A DNA stretch of 64,000 bases. It comes from a virus. Taxonomy: Duplodnaviria; Caudoviricetes. The stretch is taken from positions 20,668-84,667 of the IMG/VR virus record IMGVR_UViG_3300021958_000042, one strand, 5' to 3'. This document shows, piece after piece, positions 1 to 10,268 of this stretch. The notes under the pieces are model-generated. The model saw only the letters and a list, made by a program, of their open reading frames with translations, was not told the DNA's origin and made no database searches. A program made the translations under genes and the position numbers. How positions within the stretch are numbered: position 1 is the first letter of the stretch; every line of letters begins with the position of its first letter.

Positions 1-1715
1 ACACTACCAAGTTTTGTTTGTACTCTAGCATCAGTATAGTAAAGATTGGAGCCTTCTGCCAAATCACCAGTATCTTTTGTTGCTATATTTGCATCAACTC
101 TTGCTTCTGTATAGTATAGGTTAATAGAACCTTCGGAAAGTTCGTCCGTATCCTTAGAGCTTAAATCTAAATTGGAACCTGATTGCAATGCAATTCTTGC
201 ATCTGTTCTAGCATCTGTATAATAAAGATTAGACCCTTCTGTAACCTGTGTAGTATTTGCAGGAATACTGAATGTTCCAGTGGCGCTATCATATCCTGCT
301 GGGCCTGTTGTAGCACTAATTGCGGCTCTTACTCTTGTATCCGTGTAATAAAGATTTGTACCCTCAGTCAAATCTGTTGTAGATTTTCCGGCGAAATCTG
401 TATCAAAATCAGAAGATGAATATGTTACGATAGAATCTATCTGAGATTGAAGATTTATATCAGCCTGTTCTCTGTCATAAATCTCATCATCCAAATCTGA
501 CTGTAGAGAACCAATCTGTGCTGCAACCTGTTGTGTTACTGTAGATACAGTTGCATAATTATTATTAGTTAAATATGTCTGTACTCTAGCATCAGTATAG
601 TAAAGATTAGAACCTTCCGCCAAATCACCAGTATCTTTGGATGCGATATTCGCATCTACTCTGGCATCTGTGTAGTATAGGTTGGTAGAACCTTCAGATA
701 GATCGTCAGTTGTATTATTTGCAAGATTGTCTTCTGTTGCTGATATAGTGAGAGTTCCAGCGATATCATCATATACCAATGAAACATTAGCACCAGCCTG
801 AATTAAATTTGCAACTCTATCATCCACTCTTTCATCAGTGAAATATAGGTTTGTGCCTTCTGTAAGATCTGTAGTAGTTTTATTGCTTAAATCTAAGTTA
901 GAACCAGATTGTAATGCAATTCTTGCATCTGTTCTGGCGTCTGTGTAATAAAGATTTGTTGAACCTTCTGGTATGGCGTCTGTTGACCTTGAAGCCAAAA
1001 ATGTATTCACAGCACCTTCAACAATATCATCAGAGTCGAATTCTGTGAAATTGATTGCAATATCTAAAAGATTTCCAGCATCATCATAGTTTTTGGTTAT
1101 ACCTACACCATCAACAATTAAATCTGCAACTCTATCGTCTACTCTTTCATCTGTATAGTAAAGATTATTAGAACCTTCTACAATTCCATCAGATGTGCCA
1201 GAGATACCAAAATTGCCAATATATCTAGCACCAACTACATATATTTTATTTCCATTAATTCCGCTAGGAAGATTATCTCCAATGAAGTTTAGAACACCTG
1301 ATTGATAATCGAAAAACCATTCGTCATTGTTTCCAGAACCTGCTGCAAATAATTGCGTACCTGTAGACTGCGGATTGGCAGCTCCTGCGCTATCAATATA
1401 AACTTTTACTTGATATGTAGAGCCAAACTCTGGGGGGATCCAATCCGCAGCACCTGTTTTCCATGTTCTATTTGTAGAAGCAGTTAAGTCCGATGTTGTT
1501 TCAGTTGATGTTAATTCGACTTGAGATGTATTTGATGTAGGAATAGTTGCTGGGATATCTCCAGCTTCTGCCCACAACTTATCGCCCCTAATCAAAAGTG
1601 AACTAGGAATACTTTCGTTTGTGGCATTTTTGATTGAGTTTATGTCAGTTTTAGTGACACCATAACCCAATTTTTTCCAAAGAAAGTCTAACTTTTGATT
1701 GTCGTTAATTGCCAT
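1..1715 (-). CDS. Partial tail-fibre-like structural protein with NLYYT repeats (runs off the left edge; absent from the ORF track)
   Basis: ATG at 1713-1715 with GGGAAG upstream. Manual translation gives MAINDNQKLDFLWKKLGYGVTKTD...WIPPEFGSTYQVKVY...DEWFFDYQSGVLNF, then many (D/T)xxEG(S/T)NLYYTD(A/E)RVD repeats, open to position 1. Confidence 0.85.
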   Translation of the reverse strand, partial: MAINDNQKLDFLWKKLGYGVTKTDINSIKNATNESIPSSLLIRGDKLWAEAGDIPATIPTSNTSQVELTSTETTSDLTASTNRTWKTGAADWIPPEFGSTYQVKVYIDSAGAANPQSTGTQLFAAGSGNNDEWFFDYQSGVLNFIGDNLPSGINGNKIYVVGARYIGNFGISGTSDGIVEGSNNLYYTDERVDDRVADLIVDGVGITKNYDDAGNLLDIAINFTEFDSDDIVEGAVNTFLASRSTDAIPEGSTNLYYTDARTDARIALQSGSNLDLSNKTTTDLTEGTNLYFTDERVDDRVANLIQAGANVSLVYDDIAGTLTISATEDNLANNTTDDLSEGSTNLYYTDARVDANIASKDTGDLAEGSNLYYTDARVQTYLTNNNYATVSTVTQQVAAQIGSLQSDLDDEIYDREQADINLQSQIDSIVTYSSSDFDTDFAGKSTTDLTEGTNLYYTDTRVRAAISATTGPAGYDSATGTFSIPANTTQVTEGSNLYYTDARTDARIALQSGSNLDLSSKDTDELSEGSINLYYTEARVDANIATKDTGDLAEGSNLYYTDARVQTKLGS

Positions 1716-1723
1716 GACTTCCC

Positions 1724-4700
1724 CTATGACACACTAAGTGTTGTTACTGATTGCCCCGCATCTAATGCAATTCTAACAAGCGCCACATTGCTAGTAGCAT
1801 TTGTTAGGTTTTCAGTTCCAAGGGTCATGGTATAATTACCACTCAGAGAAGTATTTGATGTTATTCTATCCGAACCAGTTGAAGCACATCCATCACTTCC
1901 GTTTCCACCGCTTCCAGTATTTCCGCCAGGCACACCAGCCCCAGCATACTGAACTCCACAATTTAACCACCCATTTATAGAACTAGAATTGTCTATAGAA
2001 GTTCCTGGCGCGGCAATCCAAACGCCTGCAACACCAGAGGCACTTGTTATATTTATATTGAAGTTTGCTGTGACAGTTCGCCTGAATGCAAAGGTAAAAT
2101 ATTGCGTTCCTGTGTCTCCAGAACGATCTGGGCCTGTTGGTAAATATCCAGTACTATAGTCATTTACATTGTGTTCTATTCTACCAATTCTCAATGTTGC
2201 TTCTTTAGTTCCAGCCACTCCCAGATCACTAGATTCTGTATATGGGTTATTTGTATAGAAATTAGTAGAACCATTGAAAGATGGATTATTTATTGTTTCT
2301 GAACTAAAATCAAATATACGAACACCATCATCATTAAATCCCGAACCAAGAGAAGAAGATACATCTATAGAAGTTTCTGAAATTCCGCTCTGCGCAGCAG
2401 TATGCACTTGTATTGCTGTGGTATTTTGAGACATACTTCCACTTCCGTTTACATTATTTGCTATTACTCCAATTCGTTCAATAGTTCTTACACTAGAACT
2501 AGTGATACTAACATTTAGGTCTCCTAATGTATATGGAGTACCATTTCCAGTATTTGCATTTGGTATTCCGCCAGTTAAGAAAGTAGGTGAACCATCGATT
2601 TCAGAATAGTTATAGTTTTGGGTTGAAATTGCAGAACTACTTGTTCCTTCTTGATTTGTTCCACTACTTATAGTCACGACACTTGAAGTATTTCTATAAG
2701 TTTGGCCAATAAAATTATCAACAGTAATACCGCTCCAAATTAAAGAAGAACCTGAAGTATAATAAGGAATTCCTGAAATATATCTATAATTGCCCACATT
2801 CTCTGTTATTGTACCAGATGTTGTGGTAGGAGTCGATGTCAAATCATCTTTTACAAATTGTACTAGATTTGTGTCTCCAGTATCCGAATGTGAAAGTTTA
2901 AAGGAGTTTACACCCACACTGACAGCAGCTGCAGTCTTTTCAACGTGGGCCCTAAAACCTTTATATAAATCTGGATGATATATACTAGAAGAGAAAGAAG
3001 TGGAAGACCCAGAAGAATTTAGTAAATTGTAATCACTTTCTGCGTCTATGACAAGACTAGTGTATGTTCCTTGCTGTCCACCAGTTGTCAAAGTAACAAC
3101 CCCATCTACACTACCGTTGACAATCGCAGAAAGTGTTCCAGAATCTGCATTATATGCATATGTAGAGAATGTAGTTGTTTCTATTGTACCAGATGTTTTT
3201 GTAGTTCTGTCCACATCTTGTCCGCCAGATAATGAAGTTCCGCCAGAATTGTCAGTAAATCCTGCAGCCAATCTTGGCGATGTTCCTGTATCTCCAGTAA
3301 AACTGATAGATTTTGAGCTCAGCCCAGCTGGCGCTGATATATTAGGATCATATACCTTGAGTGTAGAAGTAACATCATCAGGAATTACAGCAGGGTTTGC
3401 TGTGCTGTGAGAATCTAGAGTTAGTCTTAAAGTATCTCTGCCAGTTCCAGTGTCTGTATTTGCACCCCATGTATGTTGAAGTCTTGTTCCCGATACACCG
3501 CCCGCTGCGCTATCAGATGCAATAGTGTCATTTGCTGTTCCATCACCCCAATTCATATTGTAAGTGACATCTGCCATAGTCGTATTTGTTGTTAAATTTT
3601 GAAGATATAGACTATCTCCTTCAATAACATATAAATCATTTCCACTGAGGGATGATCCACCAGTTGCATTTCTATAGAGTGCGAACGCGGCGTTAGGGTC
3701 GGCTGTATATATGATGATGTAATCTGTGTTAGTTGCACTTGCCTCGCTCCCAGCACCAGACCCTGAGTTATTATATGCTCTTACAGTGACGGTGTATGGA
3801 CTTCCACTATTACTTGTATATGTATGACTTGGAGTCGAATCTGTTGTACCGTTTGTATTTGAACCATCACCCCAATCAATGTCATATCTATTTGGAGAAC
3901 CATCTACATTTAATGATAGTGTTACTGTAGTTCCTTCACCACCAGCTGTTGGAGAGCCAGTAAAGGAAACACTTCTAACAAAAACACCTATTCTAATATT
4001 ATTTAATGCTTCATTTAATTCGTCAATTGCATCTGCAGTTTTATCAGTAGATTCTAGGACAATCGCACCATCGCTTAAACTGCCGTCAGTGGCAGTTCCA
4101 AGTTCTATATCAGACGCTTTTTTATTATTAAATGCATTATCAAAATCTGATTGACTAAATGTTACGCCGGGCACAAAATTAGTACCATCCCATACTAATG
4201 CATCTCCATTGTTTGGTGCAGCAGTTGTTGTATCTACATCCGAAAGATCATCTACGACTGCAGCTGCAATTCTCGCATCTGCTCTTGCATTTGTATAATA
4301 AAGATTGGTGGTTCCTTCTGCAATATCATCCGTAGTTCTATTTGCAAGGAAAGTATTTACCGTACCCTCTACAATATCATCTGAATCGAATTCAGCAAAA
4401 TTGATTGCAATATCTAAAAGATTTCCAGCATCATCATAATTTTTGGTGATACCAACACCATCTTGAATGAGAGCTGCAACTCTATCATCTACTCGCTCAG
4501 CGGTGAAAAATAAATTAGTGGAACCTTCATTAATAGTATCGCTATCACCCTGAGTGAAGCTGAATACGCCAGTAGCACTATCGTAGTTTATACTACCAGT
4601 AGCGCTTACCGCATTTCTAACTCTTGTATCTGTGTAATATAAATTATTCGAACCTTCTGATATGTCATCAGTAGTTCTTGATGCTAAAAATGTGTTAACA

Positions 4701-5290
4701 GAACCTTCAACGATATCGTCGGTATCAAACTCGGCAAAATTGATTGAAATATCTAAAAGATTTCCAGCATCATCGTAGTTTTTAGTAATCCCTACGCCAT
4801 CTTGAATTAACGCGGCAACTCTATCATCTACTCTTTCATTTGTATAATAGAGATTTGTTCCCTCTGGAATATCTGTAGTTGTTCTACTTGCAAGGAAAGT
4901 ATTAACTGCGCCTTCGACAATATCATCAGAGTCGAATTCGCTAAAATCTATAGAAATTGTTAGGAGATTACCAGCATCGTCATATACTTTGTTGATACCA
5001 GTTCCATCAACAAATAAAGATGCAACTCTATCATCCACCCTTTCAGATGTAAAGTATAAATTAGAAGTGCCTTCGGGGATTTGATCAGTATCTGGTTTGT
5101 TGAGAAGGTCAGCCCAACTACCAGATTCGGCAATGTCTGCAAGACCAAGATTTGTTCTTGCACCTTGTGCGGTTGTTGCACCTGTACCGCCGTGTAGTAG
5201 TCCTAAAGTTTCTCCTGTTAAAAATTCACTTAAACCAGTAGTGTCTCCAGAACCATCTACAACAACTCTTATTGGAATTACATTAGACAT
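1724..5290 (-). CDS. 1188-aa virion structural/fibre protein: NLYYT repeats, two PKD-like domains, C-terminal YFTFAFRR domain
   Basis: Repeated EGxxNLY(Y/F)TxERVDDRV, PKD-like motifs YDIDWGDG...PSHTY and YNMNWGDG, and C-terminal QYFTFAFRRT, which I recognise from marine T4-like phage structural proteins. Confidence 0.75.
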   Translation of the reverse strand: MSNVIPIRVVVDGSGDTTGLSEFLTGETLGLLHGGTGATTAQGARTNLGLADIAESGSWADLLNKPDTDQIPEGTSNLYFTSERVDDRVASLFVDGTGINKVYDDAGNLLTISIDFSEFDSDDIVEGAVNTFLASRTTTDIPEGTNLYYTNERVDDRVAALIQDGVGITKNYDDAGNLLDISINFAEFDTDDIVEGSVNTFLASRTTDDISEGSNNLYYTDTRVRNAVSATGSINYDSATGVFSFTQGDSDTINEGSTNLFFTAERVDDRVAALIQDGVGITKNYDDAGNLLDIAINFAEFDSDDIVEGTVNTFLANRTTDDIAEGTTNLYYTNARADARIAAAVVDDLSDVDTTTAAPNNGDALVWDGTNFVPGVTFSQSDFDNAFNNKKASDIELGTATDGSLSDGAIVLESTDKTADAIDELNEALNNIRIGVFVRSVSFTGSPTAGGEGTTVTLSLNVDGSPNRYDIDWGDGSNTNGTTDSTPSHTYTSNSGSPYTVTVRAYNNSGSGAGSEASATNTDYIIIYTADPNAAFALYRNATGGSSLSGNDLYVIEGDSLYLQNLTTNTTMADVTYNMNWGDGTANDTIASDSAAGGVSGTRLQHTWGANTDTGTGRDTLRLTLDSHSTANPAVIPDDVTSTLKVYDPNISAPAGLSSKSISFTGDTGTSPRLAAGFTDNSGGTSLSGGQDVDRTTKTSGTIETTTFSTYAYNADSGTLSAIVNGSVDGVVTLTTGGQQGTYTSLVIDAESDYNLLNSSGSSTSFSSSIYHPDLYKGFRAHVEKTAAAVSVGVNSFKLSHSDTGDTNLVQFVKDDLTSTPTTTSGTITENVGNYRYISGIPYYTSGSSLIWSGITVDNFIGQTYRNTSSVVTISSGTNQEGTSSSAISTQNYNYSEIDGSPTFLTGGIPNANTGNGTPYTLGDLNVSITSSSVRTIERIGVIANNVNGSGSMSQNTTAIQVHTAAQSGISETSIDVSSSLGSGFNDDGVRIFDFSSETINNPSFNGSTNFYTNNPYTESSDLGVAGTKEATLRIGRIEHNVNDYSTGYLPTGPDRSGDTGTQYFTFAFRRTVTANFNINITSASGVAGVWIAAPGTSIDNSSSINGWLNCGVQYAGAGVPGGNTGSGGNGSDGCASTGSDRITSNTSLSGNYTMTLGTENLTNATSNVALVRIALDAGQSVTTLSVS

Positions 5291-5308
5291 TAAAGAACCT
5301 CTTTTTAC

Positions 5309-5315
5309 TATTTAG
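5309..5315 (-). promoter_or_regulatory. Candidate late promoter variant CTAAATA
   Basis: Minus strand reads CCTAAATAG about 20 nt upstream of the 5290 start, followed by an AGAGG RBS. The same CCTAAATAG occurs on the plus strand at 60551-60559. Confidence 0.5.
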
Positions 5316-5357
5316 GAAGACTTTAAGACCCCTTTTGATGGTCTGCAAAGTCTTCCT
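5314..5357. other. Intergenic inverted repeat/hairpin (11-bp outer stem, 5-bp inner stem)
   Basis: AGGAAGACTTT (5314-5324) pairs perfectly with AAAGTCTTCCT (5347-5357); AGACC (5326-5330) pairs with GGTCT (5340-5344). Confidence 0.75.
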
Positions 5358-5370
5358 TAATAATTCACTA

Positions 5371-8300
5371 TTAAGAGGTAAGAAGAGATGTATCTACATC
5401 AGTTGTATTGATTCCGTTACCACCTACCAATTGTAGAATTCTCATTCCATTACCATTGGCTTGAGTACTCATCATACCTTTATATATTCTTCTTTTATCA
5501 TTTGTTCCAGTAGAACTAAATCTATCACTTGATATGAGAGTATCTTGACCAACCGCTCCAGCTGCACAGAAAGATACAAGGTCTAATTCAGTTCCTGTAT
5601 ATAAGAACCTTTGAGTTCCTAATCTGTTTGGAAATTGAATTACTAATTGTCCAGCATCATTTAAAGATAACTGTTCCAGTGGATTTAGAACTGCATGTGA
5701 ATCGACTTCGTTAATACCAGCAAACACATGTCTATCCCATGGTTTTAATACATCCTTTTCTCTCACAACAAATCTTCTAAATCTTCCTTGAATATCTAAA
5801 TTCATTGCCTGTAGCTCTTCATCTTTTAATTCATCAATTTTGAATTCTGTCAAATAATTTCCAGAAATATCATAAACTCCTTGATATGCTAAAGAAGCGG
5901 TTCTTTCAGTAGTTTTTGAATTGAAATATGGAGTAAAATCTGAGAACAATATTGGAGATTCTGACGATTGATATAGACAATGAATTGGTTGTTGATCAGA
6001 AGTAAAATCTGGAGCGCCAGTCGTTGCATCTACATGTCTTTGAACAACAAAGAATGCATTATCATCTGATTGATTTGTAGATGCCTGATCTTTTAGATAC
6101 ATTGCCATACCATGATCTGCTATTGTTATAGTATATGCCATTGGATATTGACTTGCAATTGCTGGATTAGTTTTTCCAGTTCTTCTAAACCAACCCTTTT
6201 GCATTCTCAATTTACCATCATTGAATGGTGTATCTGCAACAAGTTCAGACGAAGTTCCAGACAAAAAGCTTTCCTCATATCTATATTCATTATCTAATAG
6301 TATACCTTTCGTAAGCGTTATACTTACTGGTATCGTTGGATTTGTAATTGTTGCCGAGTTTGTAAACGCAGTTGATAAACCAGTTTTGAGACCACCACCA
6401 CTCTCATAATGGGCCTCTCCAACTCTTCCAGCACGAATATTAAATCCGCTTTTAAGCTGCGAATCTAATTCAGCCCTATTGACAAACGGATTAATTAGAT
6501 GAGTAACAGATTCTTGATATCCATTAAATTGAGTTCTAATTCCACCCAAAAATCCTGGCTCTCTCAAATTCCCAGCTTTGATTCCATCTCGGCCTTCTAC
6601 TTGAGCAATGTTTCCATCCGAATTCAATTGAAATTCAGTTGCAACATGAACATTAAGATATTCAAAATTATTTGTCGCAATTGCTGCATCTCCGCTTGAA
6701 CTCGAAAGCTGTAAATGTGTAGTATTGATATATGGAGATGTTTCATTAACTTCTATGCCCCTAGATACATTAAATCTCACTCTCCAAGGCTGGTCTCCGT
6801 TATTACCAGAAATTGGTAAAGTTCTATCAGTTTCAAATACAAGAGGACCCATACTACGATCAGTAATATATTCGAAAGATTCTATTTTGAGTTCTTTGCT
6901 AAAGGTAGAAAACTCACTCCAATGTGTCAATCCGCGATTTGCCAAACCGTGTGTCGTATTTGGATGTATTTGAGATGCATCTTGATCAAAAGAAATTTGC
7001 GGGCCCAAAGGTCTATCATCAGCAGATACTACTTGTTGATAATATGAAACAAAATATGATGTTGCATTGTTTTCATCCAACCCAGTAAAAACTGACCAAG
7101 TTCCATTTACTGGATTTGCAAATGTTCCCAAGTCTCTAGATAGAGGAAATTGTAAACGGACTGCCGAAACATCTGTTGTGACGCCAAGTTGAATTTCAGC
7201 CAGATCTAGATCCAATGGATCTGCAACTCCGGCATTGCTTGCATCGATGAGAACATCTTCTGTGTAAAAATTAGAAACATCAGCAACAAATGCTGCTCTT
7301 GCTGGAAGGTCTGCAACTAAGAAACCGTTCAATCCATATTCTGCAGAAGTTGTATCTCCGATATTAACAGTAGTTGCTGTAAATGCCGAAGAATCTGTGC
7401 CTAAGAACCCATGAGTTTTTGATGTATCAGAAATTTTCATATAAGCAGTAGAGTTTCTATTATATTTAAGTGAAATGTAATTAGAACCAGCAACAACAGT
7501 CATATATGAGTTTATATAAGAATTTCCTCTCAATGCATTTGCAATATTTTCGGATAATTGCGCAGCATTTAAATTTTTAGGAGATGTATATGAAACTGTA
7601 ACATTTTTTACTGCTGCGGTATTTGTCAATTTATCTGCAGCTGCTTCGTCAATAACTCCAGTTAAGGTGATTTCAAACGTATCGGCAATATTTGATCCGT
7701 CTAAACCACGAATTTGAACTTCATGTACATATCCATTTGTATATGTGCTTCCAGTTATTTCTGTAGAACCGTCTGTTACTGTAGATGATGCGGTTGCTTG
7801 GGGAACAGTAAATATTGTTGGAGTATTTGAAAAAGAGGTTGTTGGTCTTTCAGTTCTTGTAACAGTACAAGTAAGATTGTGACCTATTTCCCTAGATTCA
7901 AATTCAAGTACTCCTACTCTATCTGGGTCTAAAACGACTTCAAATAATCCACCTTTAGGATCTGCAATATTAGTTTTCACCAATTCATCCAACACAGTTC
8001 TCGTAAATCCTTCAACTGAAGAATCGTTGCCAACTGTTACTGGAACTTGATATGTAACATTAGGAGCAGGAGATATTGAAGAATGAACAAATGAAAATGT
8101 GTAAATGTCTCCAATTTGGAAATTATTTTCTGTAAACGCCTGATCGAACCCAATCAAGAGTTCTCCTTTGTATTTTGATGGTTCAACAGTTCCTGATGGA
8201 AAAAAGAATTGATCTTTTAGATTTGAAATCCAAAAAGCATGCTTTACAGCTCCATCTGGCTGGACATCTCTTTTATAATGTCTCAATTCTGCTTTTGTAT

Positions 8301-9249
8301 TGACACCGCTTTCGGCGGCAGGTAAAAAAGAGACTCCTCTTCCTACTTTAGTGAGAAGTGCTAAAATTTTATTATATTCATTTTCATAAACTTTTTGAGA
8401 TAATGAAGGAAGTCCAACATATCCTGGCTGTGGCGCTTCGCCATCTCCTGTTTTTAGTTTAGTAGGCTTCGCCTTTTTCTTTAAAAAGTGGCCATTCGGT
8501 TGGTCTGAAGGCCTATCAAGAGTTGCTGCAGGGTCTCCAAACTTAACAACATCATCTACGGCTAAAGTTTGTGCAGAAGAAAGAGTTATCTGCGTGCCAG
8601 AGTTAATTGAAACGATAGTTGGGCCTGATGATACCACAGTTCCATTAATTTCTAATAAAGTTTCCCCAACGGATAATTGAGCTGTATTATAGAAATGTAC
8701 TACTGTATCGCTGGTAACTGCCGATTTAGAAAATACTGTTGTTTTCCAAACTGGAGAACCCCCCCGAAGGGCTGGATGTGGATTTAAGTATGCAAATAAT
8801 TCTGCATTTGGCCCAAGAATTTTTGTAAAATCTAATGATCCGGTGTATTCGTTTGGTTTCGCAATTTCCGTAGAAATTTCATCATGCCAATCAATATCAT
8901 TATATAAATCTTCAATAGCTTTAATTCTTCTGCTATATTCTCCATCCAATTTAAAATCTGTATAGGTTGGATTTGCTGTTAGTGCTGTAGGTTTATCTAC
9001 GCCGAAAGCGCCCGCAGATTGTGTCTGTGTTGAAGAATCATAATGCCATACAATAAATTCATCGATGAATTTTGTTAACTCTTCTTCTGTTATTACTAAT
9101 TTTGTTATTTGTGGGCCAACATCCACAAAGCCATTTGCAAGAAGATCATCAGACAACTGTACTAATAATGGCTTGAAAACTTCTCTTGTTGGGTCGTAAT
9201 TATATCCATCTAAATGGACTACTTCGTTTCTTGTTATTGATACGGACAT
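5371..9249 (-). CDS. 1292-aa virion structural protein, paralog family member P1
   Basis: Shares GRDGIK, GWFRR..YP.AY..DHG, FVVQRHV, PIHCLY, RFVVRE.DV.KPWD, EQLS, TQRF.Y..ELDL and GNGMRI blocks with the ORFs at 22470, 26999 and 31223. Confidence 0.7.
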   Translation of the reverse strand: MSVSITRNEVVHLDGYNYDPTREVFKPLLVQLSDDLLANGFVDVGPQITKLVITEEELTKFIDEFIVWHYDSSTQTQSAGAFGVDKPTALTANPTYTDFKLDGEYSRRIKAIEDLYNDIDWHDEISTEIAKPNEYTGSLDFTKILGPNAELFAYLNPHPALRGGSPVWKTTVFSKSAVTSDTVVHFYNTAQLSVGETLLEINGTVVSSGPTIVSINSGTQITLSSAQTLAVDDVVKFGDPAATLDRPSDQPNGHFLKKKAKPTKLKTGDGEAPQPGYVGLPSLSQKVYENEYNKILALLTKVGRGVSFLPAAESGVNTKAELRHYKRDVQPDGAVKHAFWISNLKDQFFFPSGTVEPSKYKGELLIGFDQAFTENNFQIGDIYTFSFVHSSISPAPNVTYQVPVTVGNDSSVEGFTRTVLDELVKTNIADPKGGLFEVVLDPDRVGVLEFESREIGHNLTCTVTRTERPTTSFSNTPTIFTVPQATASSTVTDGSTEITGSTYTNGYVHEVQIRGLDGSNIADTFEITLTGVIDEAAADKLTNTAAVKNVTVSYTSPKNLNAAQLSENIANALRGNSYINSYMTVVAGSNYISLKYNRNSTAYMKISDTSKTHGFLGTDSSAFTATTVNIGDTTSAEYGLNGFLVADLPARAAFVADVSNFYTEDVLIDASNAGVADPLDLDLAEIQLGVTTDVSAVRLQFPLSRDLGTFANPVNGTWSVFTGLDENNATSYFVSYYQQVVSADDRPLGPQISFDQDASQIHPNTTHGLANRGLTHWSEFSTFSKELKIESFEYITDRSMGPLVFETDRTLPISGNNGDQPWRVRFNVSRGIEVNETSPYINTTHLQLSSSSGDAAIATNNFEYLNVHVATEFQLNSDGNIAQVEGRDGIKAGNLREPGFLGGIRTQFNGYQESVTHLINPFVNRAELDSQLKSGFNIRAGRVGEAHYESGGGLKTGLSTAFTNSATITNPTIPVSITLTKGILLDNEYRYEESFLSGTSSELVADTPFNDGKLRMQKGWFRRTGKTNPAIASQYPMAYTITIADHGMAMYLKDQASTNQSDDNAFFVVQRHVDATTGAPDFTSDQQPIHCLYQSSESPILFSDFTPYFNSKTTERTASLAYQGVYDISGNYLTEFKIDELKDEELQAMNLDIQGRFRRFVVREKDVLKPWDRHVFAGINEVDSHAVLNPLEQLSLNDAGQLVIQFPNRLGTQRFLYTGTELDLVSFCAAGAVGQDTLISSDRFSSTGTNDKRRIYKGMMSTQANGNGMRILQLVGGNGINTTDVDTSLLTS

Positions 9250-9290
9250 TATTAATCAACTCCTATTAATTTATTAAAGCGTTTTTGTAT

Positions 9291-9298
9291 TATTTATA
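9291..9298 (-). promoter_or_regulatory. T4-type late promoter TATAAATA (for P1)
   Basis: Perfect TATAAATA on the minus strand in the intergenic gap, with an AGGAG RBS downstream. Confidence 0.75.
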
Positions 9299-9307
9299 AA
9301 AAAAAGA

Positions 9308-10240
9308 TTATACACCGTTAGTTATTATATCGATGCTATCTTGAGTTCCATTTTGAAAAGTAAAAGCAACAGTACCGCTAATTAGATTATTTCCTTGAAA
9401 CGTTGTGGTTAGTGGAATATCATCTCTAGTACCTGTAGTTTTTTTAAACTTTATAAATCCACCTACTCCAAAATTAGTTTCTGGGCGAAATTTTCCAGTA
9501 CCCGCATCATATGCCAACCCTACTATATTTGCCCCACTAACATCAGATGCAGAATGTCCAGCATATTCAAAGTTTTGTAAATTATCTTCTATAGTATTTA
9601 TATCTGTTAAAATGCCACCTTCCACAGAGATAGCTCTGGTTCTTTCTGCTGCAATTGCTGTATCTAACAATTCGACTGCGCTTACAACAGATGTAGATGT
9701 ATCTATATAATTTGTACCAGATGGTGTAATATAAGAGCCGTCTGTATTTAATCCAACTGCAAGCTCAATGGTATCTAATTCATTATATATTGGAGTTAGA
9801 TTTACGCTAACTGATGTTATTAGAGTGTTAGGATCGAATGATGTTTCTAATCCCCCACCGAATTCTATCTCTCCAGTAATGTTTCCACCGACAGTTAAAG
9901 CAGTTCCTACTGCCAACCATGCTTCGCCTGTTCCATAATAAAATGTTTTGAGAGATGTATCTATTGCAAATCTTCCAATGCTTGGAGTTTGCGCGTTTAG
10001 TGTTGCATAATCTGCATATTGGTCAAATCTATTAAGATTGAAATTATCACGCATTGTACTTTTAATAGAATCTAAAATTTCTTCATTAGATGCTGTATCT
10101 GGTAGGCCATTTGCGCTAGCGTCACCACCAGCACCAATTCCACCATCCAAAATTCCTACAAAGTCAGATTCTAAAAATTCTGCAAGTACTACATCACCAG
10201 TTGGTTGTACAACCGCCTTTACTGGAAACGCCTGTGCCAT
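9308..10240 (-). CDS. 310-aa structural protein with a short coiled-coil/loop module
   Basis: N-terminus resembles that of the 1724..5290 protein (PVKAVV..GD..LAEF...GG.GA). Contains the GLNTDGSY...NYI..STSV..AV.LLD module also seen in 37002..38165. Confidence 0.65.
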   Translation of the reverse strand: MAQAFPVKAVVQPTGDVVLAEFLESDFVGILDGGIGAGGDASANGLPDTASNEEILDSIKSTMRDNFNLNRFDQYADYATLNAQTPSIGRFAIDTSLKTFYYGTGEAWLAVGTALTVGGNITGEIEFGGGLETSFDPNTLITSVSVNLTPIYNELDTIELAVGLNTDGSYITPSGTNYIDTSTSVVSAVELLDTAIAAERTRAISVEGGILTDINTIEDNLQNFEYAGHSASDVSGANIVGLAYDAGTGKFRPETNFGVGGFIKFKKTTGTRDDIPLTTTFQGNNLISGTVAFTFQNGTQDSIDIITNGV

Positions 10241-10259
10241 TTATTTCTCCTATTTCTTA

Positions 10260-10267
10260 TATTTATC
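10260..10267 (-). promoter_or_regulatory. Candidate late promoter GATAAATA
   Basis: ATAAATA core in the gap between the PAAR gene and the 310-aa gene, with a GGAGAA RBS downstream. Confidence 0.55.
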
Positions 10268-10268
10268 T

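Noticed and set aside
183-419. Cys-rich 78-aa plus-strand ORF
   Set aside because: Antisense shadow of the NLYYT-repeat gene; Cys arises from reverse-complemented ACA/GCA codons, and there is no RBS or promoter.
1-5080. Repeat pairs as DGR template/variable regions
   Set aside because: Differences are mostly synonymous and not adenine-specific, all copies are coding, and no reverse transcriptase is in the window.
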